From: an uncultured bacterium
Lineage (GTDB): Bacteria; Fidelibacterota; Marinisomatia; Marinisomatales; TCS55
Reading direction: 5' to 3'
Length of the DNA: 64,000 nucleotides
Assembly: GCA_964538995.1 (NCBI GenBank)
Contig: CAZIFK010000001.1
Coordinates: 5,827 to 69,826, forward strand
This document shows positions 9,771-19,977 of this stretch, one piece after another; the stretch's first letter is position 1; each line of letters starts with the position of its first letter. Under the pieces are notes generated by a model, which made no database searches, was not told the DNA's origin, and worked only from the letters and a program-made list of their open reading frames with translations. The position numbers and the translations under genes are program-made.

Positions 9771-11146
9771 AGTTCAACTTTTGAAAAATAACGACGGGTT
9801 TCCCTCATTACCTTTTTTGAAAGTAATATTGTTGATATCATTGTTGGAATAGCCATGAGCGCAAACATCCCGTCAATAACGTTAATTGCAATATCAATTG
9901 AAACGATGGAAGCCAATATAATACTAATCACATAAAACCAATTATAGACCGGTTTCCATTTCGTTCCAAAAAGGTAGCTTGTACATTTACGTCCATAGTA
10001 AGAATAACCAAACATGGTTGAGAGACTGAAGCTAAACACCGCAATGACCAAAAGTACCTGACCAAGAAAACCCAATTCCCGTTCAAATGCCATGGCTGTT
10101 AGAGTAACGCCATTCACATCAGAAGAATGCACACCGGAGAGCAGGATGACAAAACCGGTGATTGAACAAACCACAATAGTATCTATAAACGGTCCAATCA
10201 TTGCAACCAGCCCTTCCCGGACAGGTTCCTTGGTTTTTGCGGCGCCGTGCGCCATGGATTCCGTTCCGATTCCCGCTTCGTTTGAAAAAGCTGCCCGTTT
10301 AATACCAATGACAATAATTGCTCCGAGAGAACCTCCTAAAACAGCATCACCCGTAAAAGCATCCTGAATTATGGAATTAAATACACCCGGTAGATCACCC
10401 AAATGTTTGAACAAGATGAGTATGGCTGCTAATATATAAATGGCGACCATAAAAGGTACCATTCTTGAGGCAACTAATCCGATACGGCGAATCCCGCCGA
10501 AAATGACCAACGACACGATGAAAGCAACAATAATTCCAGTGGTCAGATCTCCGACAATTTGATTACCAACGAAAAAGTTGTTGGGACTATAGATAAGATC
10601 CCTTACAATTTGAGATAATTGATTAGCTTGGAAAAGAACAAGGCAGCCAACCAATCCGGCTACACTGAACAGAATAGCCAACGGTCTGTATTTTAATCCC
10701 AGTCCTTGTTCCACAACATACATCGGTCCACCCTGAATTTCACCTTGATCGTCTTTTCCCCGGTACATGATTGAGAGAGTACACGTAAAGTATTTAGTTG
10801 CCATTCCAACTATGGCACTAACCCACATCCAGAATAAGGCACCGGGACCGCCTGTGTGAATTGCAAGCGCCACACCAGCGATATTTCCCATCCCAACTGT
10901 ACTTGCCAACGCGCTGGACAACGCCTGAAAATGGGTAATCTGTCCGGGATCATTCGCATCATCGTATTTACCCCGCAGAATCTGAAAAGCATGTCCCAAA
11001 TATCGAAAAGGAATGAAGCGGCTGTACAGTGTAAAATACAAACCACCGCCGACAAGTAGGATCACCAACGGTGTTCCCCACATTAATCCGGAAAAATCCG
11101 CAGTCCATTTCTCAAATACATGCCAAATCGTCGTATCAAGTTCCAT
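9767..11146 (-). CDS. alanine/glycine:cation symporter (AGCS) family transporter
   Basis: ALSSALASTVGMGNIAGVALAIHTGGPGALFWMWVSA is the AGCS family signature. The protein is multi-TM. Its stop overlaps the murQ start (ATGA at 9767-9770). Confidence 0.85.
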   Translation of the reverse strand: MELDTTIWHVFEKWTADFSGLMWGTPLVILLVGGGLYFTLYSRFIPFRYLGHAFQILRGKYDDANDPGQITHFQALSSALASTVGMGNIAGVALAIHTGGPGALFWMWVSAIVGMATKYFTCTLSIMYRGKDDQGEIQGGPMYVVEQGLGLKYRPLAILFSVAGLVGCLVLFQANQLSQIVRDLIYSPNNFFVGNQIVGDLTTGIIVAFIVSLVIFGGIRRIGLVASRMVPFMVAIYILAAILILFKHLGDLPGVFNSIIQDAFTGDAVLGGSLGAIIVIGIKRAAFSNEAGIGTESMAHGAAKTKEPVREGLVAMIGPFIDTIVVCSITGFVILLSGVHSSDVNGVTLTAMAFERELGFLGQVLLVIAVFSFSLSTMFGYSYYGRKCTSYLFGTKWKPVYNWFYVISIILASIVSIDIAINVIDGMFALMAIPTMISTILLSKKVMRETRRYFSKVEL

Positions 11147-11265
11147 TCGTTATTTTCCTCAAGATCAATGATATTTTGTGAATCATAAGATAAAGAAATT
11201 ACCCGCCAAGGTATGTCTTTGCAACGACCAGTTTTATTGAATATTATAGTAAATTCCATCTTCTT

Positions 11266-12360
11266 ATGATTAAAAAACTGGACATTTACCTCCTGCGGCA
11301 GTTTATAACCATTCTGGTTGTGTCACTGATGGGATTCTTGAGTGTTTTCATCATCGTTGATCTGATTGAAAACCTGGACCGATACATTGATAATAACATG
11401 CCCTGGCCAATCGTTTTGAAATACTACGGTTACAGTATACCATTTTTCATCAATATTGCCCTGCCTATGTCTATGATGATTGCCACTGTGTTTAGTTTCG
11501 GGTTAATGACAAAACGAAATGAGTGGACAGCCATGAAATCCGCAGGAATCAGTCTTTACCGACTTTCAGCAACATTGATTATTTTCAGCATTTTCATCAG
11601 CTTGATTTCATTTGAATTTGATAATAAATATGTCAGTTGGAGTATGTCGGAGCGGGCAATCATTGAAAAAGAATATATGAAAAAGAAACCCCGGCGGCGG
11701 AGTAAGAAAACACATAAAGATATCTTCTTTCAAAAACAGGAGATCCACCACATTGCCTTAACCAAATATCATCTGTATAGCCAAAAGGCAGAAAGTATCA
11801 CTGTGATAACATTTGCAGACAGTATCATTTCACAGCGGATTGATGCAAAAGAAATGGCGTGGATTGATTCCATGGAGCAATGGGTCGTCACTAATTATTC
11901 ATTACGGTCATTTGATGAAAATGGGGACGAAGACCAGATAATTATTTCTGAAAATGATACATTATTATCAATATTCCTGCACCCGGATGAAATAGTAGAA
12001 GGAAGCAAACACCCTGAAGAATTGAATTATTATGAACTGGAAAAACGAATTCAGTATTTACAGGAAAATGGAGTTGACGCAACCCGTTGGGAAGTTCAGC
12101 GTCATTTTAAAGTTGCCTTCGCATTTACAAATTTAATTGTGGTTTTATTTGGAATCCCCCTGGTAGTTATTCGACCAAAAAGCGGACTTACTTTCGGGGG
12201 CGGAGCCAGTTTCCTGGTTATTTTCTCGTATTATGCGTTTATCAAGTTTGGGCAATCGTTAGGAATTAGCGGCGTAATGGACCCGTTCTATTCTGCGTGG
12301 CTTGGGAATGTGGTTTTTATTTCAGGAGGGTTACTGCTGCTCTTCAGCGTCCGGAAGTGA
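11266..12360 (+). CDS. LptF/LptG family (YjgP/YjgQ) LPS export permease
   Basis: 364 aa. Opening MIKKLDIYLLRQFI, three TMs, a large periplasmic insert, then three C-terminal TMs. This is the typical LptF/G layout. Confidence 0.8.
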   Translation: MIKKLDIYLLRQFITILVVSLMGFLSVFIIVDLIENLDRYIDNNMPWPIVLKYYGYSIPFFINIALPMSMMIATVFSFGLMTKRNEWTAMKSAGISLYRLSATLIIFSIFISLISFEFDNKYVSWSMSERAIIEKEYMKKKPRRRSKKTHKDIFFQKQEIHHIALTKYHLYSQKAESITVITFADSIISQRIDAKEMAWIDSMEQWVVTNYSLRSFDENGDEDQIIISENDTLLSIFLHPDEIVEGSKHPEELNYYELEKRIQYLQENGVDATRWEVQRHFKVAFAFTNLIVVLFGIPLVVIRPKSGLTFGGGASFLVIFSYYAFIKFGQSLGISGVMDPFYSAWLGNVVFISGGLLLLFSVRK

Positions 12361-13857
12361 TTCTTCCTGGGATTCTCCAATTTTTTCATCCGCATCTTCA
12401 GTTGCATCTGGCAAAGGAGAAGGTGGCGCTTCGTCCGTTTTCGATTTCGTTTTTCGGCTCTTAAAGCTTGTAATAGTTACTTGCGTAGATAGATTAATTC
12501 CTTTCATGGAATGAATCCATATTCCATTGCGAAATGCAAAACCAAAATCAAATATTATAGGACCTTTATGATAACCAAATCCTAGAGCTAACTCTTGAAA
12601 ATTACTTCCACCCCAGGCATAACCAAGACGTAACGGAACTGACTCAAATTTTGTCATTTCTAATCCGGCCGACCATCGCCAGCCTTTATGGGAAAACATG
12701 CTGTTGGAGAATCCTGTCCAAAGATCAGAACTAAATAAGTATCCTTCACCGGTATAGGACATACCTAATCTAAAAATTGTAGGATAATCCATTTTGAATT
12801 CCGGCAGATTACCATTTTTGTCCAATGGAACAAGCACAATCTGATCTTCAGGATCATTATTCCAAAACAGGTCTTCATTTCCAATTGTTCCGGCATTTAG
12901 TGAATCTATTGTATAAATATATTTGATAGCAACACTGTCATTTAGTGCCTGGCCTGCCCAGGTAAAATGGAATAAATCATCTTTATCCCCATAAATATTA
13001 TTCGCGCCATTTAGAATATCTTTAATCATACTATCTCTATTCCATGTAATAGAACCAATTGCATTGATCAAGGATACTCCAAATCGCCAACCATTGATAT
13101 CTCTGGATACAAGACCGATATCAACGCCAATACCTGATCCTCCTATTCCTTGTCTTAGGTAATACACACCCCCACCATATAATGCTTCATTTGTGGTCAC
13201 TAAGTTTGCGTGACTGGAATCAGGGTCTATTCCCATGTAGAATAATCCTTGTAAATATTTTAACGTGACTCCAAATGCAAATGGATCATACGGTACTGCA
13301 AAAGAAAAACCAAATTCCGTCACACCCATGACCTCATAATGCATTGTCATATCTATATCAGGATTATTGGCATTACCTTCTAACATCAGCTGCAGAAACC
13401 CAAACGGAATTTGGTAGTTCGACAAGATCAGTGTGTTTGTGGTCAGCGCCATGTTACCGGAAGAATAATTCAACAGTGGTAACGGTAAATGCAGATCCTG
13501 AAAATACGTTAGGCCGCCAGTGTCTCTCAACTCGTTCAACAGTTGCGTTTTATTATCATAGCTTGGGTTTCCAGGTTTTTGCCCGATGGAAAATAGTGTA
13601 TCTCCACTAATTGCGCTCATATTCGTCAACGATAGCCAATTACCTACGATTCCAAAATCTATCCCGAAAAGTTGAAGCATAAATGGTTTATCTTGTTGAT
13701 AGGCCAACATGGCTGGATTATATCCCACTGAAAAAATGCCATCTGCCACGGTTGAATACGCACCTGCCATTCCAACTGAGCGAGGATCTCGTTTCGTTTG
13801 GCTGAAAACGAATCCAATAAGGAGAAAACAGACTAATATGGATTTACTACGATCCAT
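12331..13857 (-). CDS. outer-membrane beta-barrel protein (PorV/FadL-like N-terminal motif) with a 43-aa acidic C-terminal tail
   Basis: Signal peptide, then RSVGMAGAYSTVADGIFSVGYNPAMLA (the R.xGMGGA...NPA.LA pattern seen in PorV/UPF0164-type barrels). Alternating beta-strand pattern. A canonical terminal strand ...QVTITSF is followed by a KSRKTKSK...DAEEQQ tail. Confidence 0.55.
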   Translation of the reverse strand: MDRSKSILVCFLLIGFVFSQTKRDPRSVGMAGAYSTVADGIFSVGYNPAMLAYQQDKPFMLQLFGIDFGIVGNWLSLTNMSAISGDTLFSIGQKPGNPSYDNKTQLLNELRDTGGLTYFQDLHLPLPLLNYSSGNMALTTNTLILSNYQIPFGFLQLMLEGNANNPDIDMTMHYEVMGVTEFGFSFAVPYDPFAFGVTLKYLQGLFYMGIDPDSSHANLVTTNEALYGGGVYYLRQGIGGSGIGVDIGLVSRDINGWRFGVSLINAIGSITWNRDSMIKDILNGANNIYGDKDDLFHFTWAGQALNDSVAIKYIYTIDSLNAGTIGNEDLFWNNDPEDQIVLVPLDKNGNLPEFKMDYPTIFRLGMSYTGEGYLFSSDLWTGFSNSMFSHKGWRWSAGLEMTKFESVPLRLGYAWGGSNFQELALGFGYHKGPIIFDFGFAFRNGIWIHSMKGINLSTQVTITSFKSRKTKSKTDEAPPSPLPDATEDADEKIGESQEESLPDAEEQQ

Positions 13858-13860
13858 TAT

Positions 13861-16800
13861 TTATTGATTCTTTTTCCGATTATTAGAATATCCGTATTTA
13901 CTTCTGACAATTTTAGCAGTTCGGCCTCCAGTCACAGAAAAATACCAGCCACTTATATCTTCCGTTTGATATTTGCCGGTTTTGGTACTAAAGGAATTCG
14001 GATCACGAATGCGAAGACGAACACTGTCTGAAATAACTGCGGGTATCCACGAAATCGAATCGATATTAACAACCTCCGACCCAATTTCAAACCAATCATC
14101 TTCGCTAGGTTCAGTTACAGTTGAATAATGAAGATCTACGGTAGAAACAGACCCGTATGTTTTCCATTTGATAAAATAATCATTACCTGAATTCAACGTC
14201 TCACCACCATTTGGATATAATATAACCAATTCATCCGGAGCTGTTTCAAACATACCTGTGTTGCTCATTCTTAAAATAAGAAATGTACTGATATCGATAT
14301 AGTCATTCACAGTCAAGTAAACAGATTGGCCATTAGTCCCATTCAAGTGAAATCGAGGTGCTGTATAATGTTCACCATAGTCTGTCAGTAAGAAAAGTCT
14401 ATTGGTATCAATCTCACTGGCATACGATATCACTCCCGGAGTCGCTACCTGACCAGGATGACCGACGGTGGATGTATCGCTGTAATATTCAGCCGGTTCA
14501 GGGAGAATGACTTTCAGCAAAGTGTCTACATAAGAAATGATCGTATCTTTGCCAAATGGGTTAAATTTCACTAAATACACAACACCATCGATGCAATCTT
14601 CAAAATCGGTCATAACACTAAAAATATATAAATTTTCCGCAGAGGTATCGGGGTTCAATTGTGAACATTTGTTCAATACGTAAATACTGTCTGTCACCGA
14701 CCAGGATGGATCCTGTGCAGCCAATGAATCTCTAAAAATACTTAACATTTCCTGTGTGGTATCTAATGGAAATAATGTTTTATTCGACAGTAGAATAGAA
14801 ATTTCTCCTGAAATGGGAATGCTGTTTGTAATTGTTGAAATCACTTGGGCAAACACAAGTGAGGAGCGAATCTTATTGCGCATATCATGGGCAAATTCTT
14901 TAATGGGTGTTTCTGTTACAGAAATAAATGTCATGGGATCCATAATCACCTCAAACGGCGCTATCATTCGATATCTACCACCAATTTTTGCTCCTCCGAC
15001 AATGGTACCGCGTCCATCAATTCTGGCAGCGGAACGTACAATCATTATAGCCGGATTAAAGGAAAGTAAATCAACAATGGTTGATGTTCCCGCAGAAGGG
15101 AGTGTTGTAACACTGTCTGTCCATGTTGTCGCATTAACTGTAGCATAACTCAAAACAGTGGTACCAATTTTGCTCAAGCGAATGATTGTCCGCGTGCTGT
15201 CAGATCCATAAGTACTCGGTTTTGCAATCGTCGCTCTTACTTCAACAATGGAAGAATCACCCAGTGTATTGTACCCGATCATATCCACATCCAACTGGAC
15301 AGGAAGATCAATAGAGTTGAGCATATCAAATTCAAATTGCACTCCAGTAAATGCCATTCCGGAAAATCCAGATGGCATTCCAGCGATATTTTGCGTGGAG
15401 GGTGGAAATGATTGAATAATATTTGCTTCTAATGACTCAAAGTGCAATTCGTCCACAGTTACATTAATCGTCATATTTCCCAATTCAGATCCATCAAGCG
15501 GTATCAATGCAGTTTGTTCCCGCAACCTGGCTGTTAAATCGATAACCAATTCTGACAATGCGCTGTCCGAACCTGCTGGGTTTGAAAATGTATACCCATC
15601 GATAAAAAATGTCTTATTGTATGTGGAATAATCTCTGAACAATGCTGTATCTATTTTGACTGAATCACTACCGGCTGGTGGCACGAAATTCCGGAAGTTC
15701 ATGATAAAATCCATATAAAATGGATACGTACTCTTCAAATTAGATATCACTATTTCATTGATATCAAAACCAGTTCCTGTCTTAAAAATACCTGAATAAA
15801 TTTCGATGTCTGATGGAAATGTAACCGGATCCAATTCGATGGGCATATCATATTCAGCAATTTCCACTACTGCTTCATCCACCCCGGCAATCCGAATCCT
15901 GATGGAAAGATTTACTTGAACAGAGTCACCAGCATTCACTGTTAAAGTATCTGTGTTATTGGTATGTGTCACCACATCAAAATCAAACAACATTCGAATA
16001 GATTGTTTTAACTGTTGATCACCAATCAATGTCCTCCTAGTAAATATCTCATCTTTAATTACTGTGTTTTGCTGGTGATCTGCCAATGTATCAGGAGCAA
16101 TACTTGAACCGGTAAACATAGAAAATCGTGTACCAGTCACATCAGTTAGCATTCCATTATTTGTAAGAGCCGAATAGAAAAAGCTGCTGTCACTTATATC
16201 GTCAGCTTGGATCATCACACCGGACACTTCCGTGATGAAATCCGGCAATTCGCTTTCGTTGATAGTTGGTAGATCAATTTGAATAGCTGGAAATGTTGTG
16301 TCAAACGCTGTAACGATATCATTCCAAGTGGACGCTAAAATTTGTTTATCACTCCCGGTAGGTACAGAAAATGCTTGTCCTGAAATATCAACTAAACCAC
16401 CCGGAGCAAACGGAATAGTAACATTAATGACTGTATCAATGAGAACAGTGAGGTTCGGCGAAGTGGTGGGCGTTCCTTCATATTCAATTTCAGCTCCTAC
16501 ATTGACTTCCAAATATGATGCATCGATAGACGTATTGGGAAGAGTATCTTCAAAAACGATCTGCATACCTAATGAATCGGATGTTGGGAAAATCTGCTCA
16601 TTATCGACAATTCCATCCAGTCTATATCTTTCCTGAACCAGAGGAAATTTCAGATCGATATACCATGTGGGTATTTCAAAATCAGAAGGACTATCAAAAT
16701 CACATGCATAGACGAACAGCAGCAATGCAGGAATGCTGATTTTATTAATATTTCTCTTTAGATGGTTTATCATAGACCTCGGATACCGAACATTAATCAT
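13861..16800 (-). CDS. 979-aa predicted lipoprotein of unknown function, co-transcribed with the barrel gene
   Basis: Lipobox-like LLLFVYAC-DFD. Long beta-rich sequence with no catalytic motif. C-terminal Ig-like module (ILYPNGGETLNSGNDYFIKWKTYGSVSTVDLHYS...). A 3-nt gap separates it from the downstream barrel gene. Confidence 0.5.
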   Translation of the reverse strand: MINVRYPRSMINHLKRNINKISIPALLLFVYACDFDSPSDFEIPTWYIDLKFPLVQERYRLDGIVDNEQIFPTSDSLGMQIVFEDTLPNTSIDASYLEVNVGAEIEYEGTPTTSPNLTVLIDTVINVTIPFAPGGLVDISGQAFSVPTGSDKQILASTWNDIVTAFDTTFPAIQIDLPTINESELPDFITEVSGVMIQADDISDSSFFYSALTNNGMLTDVTGTRFSMFTGSSIAPDTLADHQQNTVIKDEIFTRRTLIGDQQLKQSIRMLFDFDVVTHTNNTDTLTVNAGDSVQVNLSIRIRIAGVDEAVVEIAEYDMPIELDPVTFPSDIEIYSGIFKTGTGFDINEIVISNLKSTYPFYMDFIMNFRNFVPPAGSDSVKIDTALFRDYSTYNKTFFIDGYTFSNPAGSDSALSELVIDLTARLREQTALIPLDGSELGNMTINVTVDELHFESLEANIIQSFPPSTQNIAGMPSGFSGMAFTGVQFEFDMLNSIDLPVQLDVDMIGYNTLGDSSIVEVRATIAKPSTYGSDSTRTIIRLSKIGTTVLSYATVNATTWTDSVTTLPSAGTSTIVDLLSFNPAIMIVRSAARIDGRGTIVGGAKIGGRYRMIAPFEVIMDPMTFISVTETPIKEFAHDMRNKIRSSLVFAQVISTITNSIPISGEISILLSNKTLFPLDTTQEMLSIFRDSLAAQDPSWSVTDSIYVLNKCSQLNPDTSAENLYIFSVMTDFEDCIDGVVYLVKFNPFGKDTIISYVDTLLKVILPEPAEYYSDTSTVGHPGQVATPGVISYASEIDTNRLFLLTDYGEHYTAPRFHLNGTNGQSVYLTVNDYIDISTFLILRMSNTGMFETAPDELVILYPNGGETLNSGNDYFIKWKTYGSVSTVDLHYSTVTEPSEDDWFEIGSEVVNIDSISWIPAVISDSVRLRIRDPNSFSTKTGKYQTEDISGWYFSVTGGRTAKIVRSKYGYSNNRKKNQ

Positions 16801-16841
16801 TAATGAATGGGAAATTCATTCATTTTTAGCTATCAAACCAT

Positions 16842-16874
16842 AAAAAAATCCACATTTTTTAATGTGGATTTTTT
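16842..16874 (-). terminator. rho-independent terminator after ahcY (bidirectional architecture)
   Basis: AAAAAA-ATCCACAT-tttta-ATGTGGAT-TTTTT: an 8-bp stem with A- and T-runs on either side, 25 nt downstream of the ahcY stop. Confidence 0.7.
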
Positions 16875-16898
16875 ACCATTAAAATTTTAAATATAAGA

Positions 16899-18329
16899 TT
16901 AATAGCGATATTCATCCTTTTTAAATGGACCATTTTTACCTACACCAATATAATCTGCCTGATCATCTGTTAATTTTGTTAATGTGACTCCTAGTTGACC
17001 TAAATGCAAATGTGCTACTTCTTCATCCAGTATTTTTGGCAACAAATAAACACCTATTTGTGGTTTATCTTTTGCGAGAGCTAACTGAGCCAGAACCTGG
17101 TTTGTAAAGGAATTTGACATGACAAAACTCGGATGTCCGGTGGCACATCCCAAATTCACTAACCTACCCTCAGACAGTAGAAAAATCTGGTGACCATCTT
17201 CAAAGGTATAACGGTCAACCTGCGGTTTGATATTTTCTTTCTGAACTGACGGATCATTGTTCAATGCACTCATTTGTATTTCATTATCAAAATGACCAAT
17301 ATTACACACAATAGATTGATCCTTCATTTTTTTCATATGCTCAAAGGTAATAATATCTTTATTACCAGTAGCCGTCACGTAAATATTTGCTTCCGGCAAT
17401 GCTTGCTCAATGGTTTTTACTTCATAACCTTCCATGGCAGCCTGTAATGCACATATGGGATCCACCTCTGTGATTAGAACACGAGCACCAAACCCCCGCA
17501 TAGACTGAGCGCAGCCTTTACCCACATCACCATAACCACAGACCAAAACAACTTTACCTGAAATCATAACATCCGTGGCACGCTTGATTCCATCAGCCAG
17601 CGACTCCCTGCAACCGTAAATATTATCAAATTTTGATTTTGTCACAGAATCATTTACATTATAAGCTGGGAACAACAGGGTTCCGTCCTTTTCCATTTGT
17701 TCTAACCGATGTACTCCGGTTGTTGTTTCTTCTGAAACACCGATGATATTTTCTGCTATTTTATGCCAGTGTCGATTGTCTTTTTCTAATACGTCTCGGA
17801 GAAGTTTTTCAATAACGATTTCTTCTTCAACATCTGTTTCAATAGGTGGAGCATCACCATGTTCAGCTACATAATTTTCGAATTCATAGCCCTTGTGGAT
17901 AAGTAACGTGGCATCTCCACCATCATCCACAATTAAATTTGGACCACTCTCATCTGGAAACGTAAGAGCCTGCATCGTGCACCACCAGTATTCTTTCAGT
18001 GTCTCCCCTTTCCAGGCATACACGGGAACACCACTATCAGCAATAGCGGCAGCGGCGTGGTCTTGAGTAGAAAAAATATTGCAGGATGCCCAACGAATAT
18101 CGGCACCCAGTTCTCGTAATGTTTTGATCAAAATCGCTGTTTCGATGGTCATGTGGAGAGAACCGGTTAATTTCAATCCGGCAAGGGGCTTTTCCGAACC
18201 ATATTTTTCTTTGGAAGACATCAACCCGGGCATTTCTTTTTCTGATACAGAAATCGCTTTATACCCAGCTTCTGCCAAATCAATGTCAGCTACTTTATAG
18301 GGTAATTTTTCATAAATAGTGTTACTCAC
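16899..18329 (-). CDS. ahcY: adenosylhomocysteinase
   Basis: [37 protein letters not shown] (NAD site), NIGHFDNEI and [12 protein letters not shown] are hallmark SAHH motifs. GTG start with GGAG 6 nt upstream. Confidence 0.95.
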   Translation of the reverse strand: MSNTIYEKLPYKVADIDLAEAGYKAISVSEKEMPGLMSSKEKYGSEKPLAGLKLTGSLHMTIETAILIKTLRELGADIRWASCNIFSTQDHAAAAIADSGVPVYAWKGETLKEYWWCTMQALTFPDESGPNLIVDDGGDATLLIHKGYEFENYVAEHGDAPPIETDVEEEIVIEKLLRDVLEKDNRHWHKIAENIIGVSEETTTGVHRLEQMEKDGTLLFPAYNVNDSVTKSKFDNIYGCRESLADGIKRATDVMISGKVVLVCGYGDVGKGCAQSMRGFGARVLITEVDPICALQAAMEGYEVKTIEQALPEANIYVTATGNKDIITFEHMKKMKDQSIVCNIGHFDNEIQMSALNNDPSVQKENIKPQVDRYTFEDGHQIFLLSEGRLVNLGCATGHPSFVMSNSFTNQVLAQLALAKDKPQIGVYLLPKILDEEVAHLHLGQLGVTLTKLTDDQADYIGVGKNGPFKKDEYRY

Positions 18330-18349
18330 GAATGCTCCAATTCATTTTT

Positions 18350-18385
18350 AGAGACCTTTGCATAACCTCTAGCGCAAAGGTCTCT
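18350..18385 (-). other. 12-bp perfect hairpin between metK and ahcY, without a U-tract
   Basis: AGAGACCTTTGC (18350-18361) / GCAAAGGTCTCT (18374-18385). On the transcribed (minus) strand it is followed by AAAAA, not by Ts. Confidence 0.5.
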
Positions 18386-18386
18386 A

Positions 18387-19568
18387 TTAAATAATGTTAT
18401 GTAATTCATCTATCATATCTGTTTTTTCCCATGTGAACGCTTCATCTTCACGTCCAAAATGGCCATAGGCTGCAGTTTTTCGGTATCTTGGTTTCTTCAA
18501 GTCTAAATGGTTAATAATTGCACCGGGTTTTAATGGAAAAATTTCTCGAACTTTTTTTGTCAATACATCGTCATCCATTTTACCGGTACCGAACGTTTTG
18601 ATATAAAATGACGTCGGTTCAGCTACACCAATACTGTATGAAAATTGTGTCTCACATTTTTCAGCCAGTTCGGCTGCTACAATATTCTTGGCAATGTATC
18701 TGGCCATATACGTGGCTGAACGATCTACTTTAGAAGGATCTTTTCCGGAAAATGCCCCTCCGCCGTGAGGTGCATATCCTCCGTATGTATCCACAATAAT
18801 TTTCCGTCCAGTTAAACCGGTATCGGCTGCAGGGCCGCCATAAACAAAACGCCCTGTGCCATTGACGATAAAATCGTTAGTATATTTCATTTCGTTTTCT
18901 TCCAAAACGGTTTTAATTATATTATTTATTACTTCTGATTCAACAAAAGCATGTTCATTCGTTTCCGACCCATATTCTGACAACATATCTTTATGCTGTG
19001 TAGCAATAACTACTTTTGATACACCAAGAGGTCCTGAATAATTGTATTCAACACTCACTTGGGATTTCCCATCCGGGCGGAGCCATGGCATCGTACCATT
19101 CTTACGGAGTTTGGCCAAACGCTCTGTCAAACGATGGGATAAATGGATTGGTAGGGGCATTAACTCAGGTGTCTCTTTGCAAGCATAGCCAAACATAAGT
19201 CCTTGATCACCAGCACCTTGTTCTTCAAATAATCCCTTACCTTGATCAACCCCCTGGGAAATTTCCGGGCTTTGAGCATGAATACTAGTAATGACTTTTA
19301 CTTCTTCATTATCCATGCCATAGGAAATATCGGTGTACCCTATATCCGTCAATACCTCTTTAACGACTCGCTCGACTTCAACAAAACCTTTTGTGGTCAC
19401 TTCTCCAGAAACGACTATCAATCCTGTGGTCGCTAGTGTTTCGCAGGCAACACGTGAATCAGGATCCTTTGATAATAAATCATCTAAAATGGCATCGGAA
19501 ATAGCGTCGCAAACTTTGTCCGGATGGCCTTCCGTTACGGATTCAGATGTAAAATGATATTTGCTCAT
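18387..19568 (-). CDS. metK: S-adenosylmethionine synthetase
   Basis: SESVTEGHPDK, GAGDQGLMFGYA, GGGAFSGKDPSKVDRSA. The track start at 19580 is a TTG; the ATG at 19566-19568 gives the usual MSKY..FTSESV N-terminus. Confidence 0.95.
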   Translation of the reverse strand: MSKYHFTSESVTEGHPDKVCDAISDAILDDLLSKDPDSRVACETLATTGLIVVSGEVTTKGFVEVERVVKEVLTDIGYTDISYGMDNEEVKVITSIHAQSPEISQGVDQGKGLFEEQGAGDQGLMFGYACKETPELMPLPIHLSHRLTERLAKLRKNGTMPWLRPDGKSQVSVEYNYSGPLGVSKVVIATQHKDMLSEYGSETNEHAFVESEVINNIIKTVLEENEMKYTNDFIVNGTGRFVYGGPAADTGLTGRKIIVDTYGGYAPHGGGAFSGKDPSKVDRSATYMARYIAKNIVAAELAEKCETQFSYSIGVAEPTSFYIKTFGTGKMDDDVLTKKVREIFPLKPGAIINHLDLKKPRYRKTAAYGHFGREDEAFTWEKTDMIDELHNII

Positions 19569-19665
19569 AATGTTATACAACCTATTGAATTAAAGGCAAA
19601 ATTTACCCTTCCTAGTAAATGCCTTCCAAACTTCTCTTGTTTGAATAAATTAAATAATGTGATTA

Positions 19666-19953
19666 TTAATGTACATTCAACTTCTGTTTCACCTTTTTGA
19701 CTCTTGAAACCATTTTGTCTACTGCACGGTCAATGGATTTTGTTACATTATCTGTTGTTTCTTTTACATGAAGTTTATGAGAAGGAATTGAAAGATTCAA
19801 TTCTGTTGTGTATTCGTTATTTTCATGTAGCAAAATAATTTGGCACTGGGTGATTCGATCAAACACCTTATGAATTCGCTGCACTTCTGTTTCAGCATAA
19901 CTTTTTAAGTTCTCCGGGGCATGAAAATGGCGTGCTGTAAACTCAACTACCAT
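19666..19953 (-). CDS. hpf: ribosome hibernation promoting factor / RaiA family (short form)
   Basis: 95 aa. The pattern FTARHFHAPENLKSYAETEVQRIHKVF...LSIPSHKLHVKETTDNVTKSIDRAVDKM fits the sigma-54 modulation/HPF family. AGGAG SD. Confidence 0.85.
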   Translation of the reverse strand: MVVEFTARHFHAPENLKSYAETEVQRIHKVFDRITQCQIILLHENNEYTTELNLSIPSHKLHVKETTDNVTKSIDRAVDKMVSRVKKVKQKLNVH

Positions 19954-19977
19954 GAGATCTCCTTTCGGTTTTTCTGT

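Noticed and set aside
19569-19665. SAM riboswitch upstream of metK
   Set aside because: Only ~97 nt are available, and I could not find SAM-I, SAM-II or SAM-V-like conserved cores or a pseudoknot arrangement. There is only a short hairpin that may belong to the hpf 3' end.
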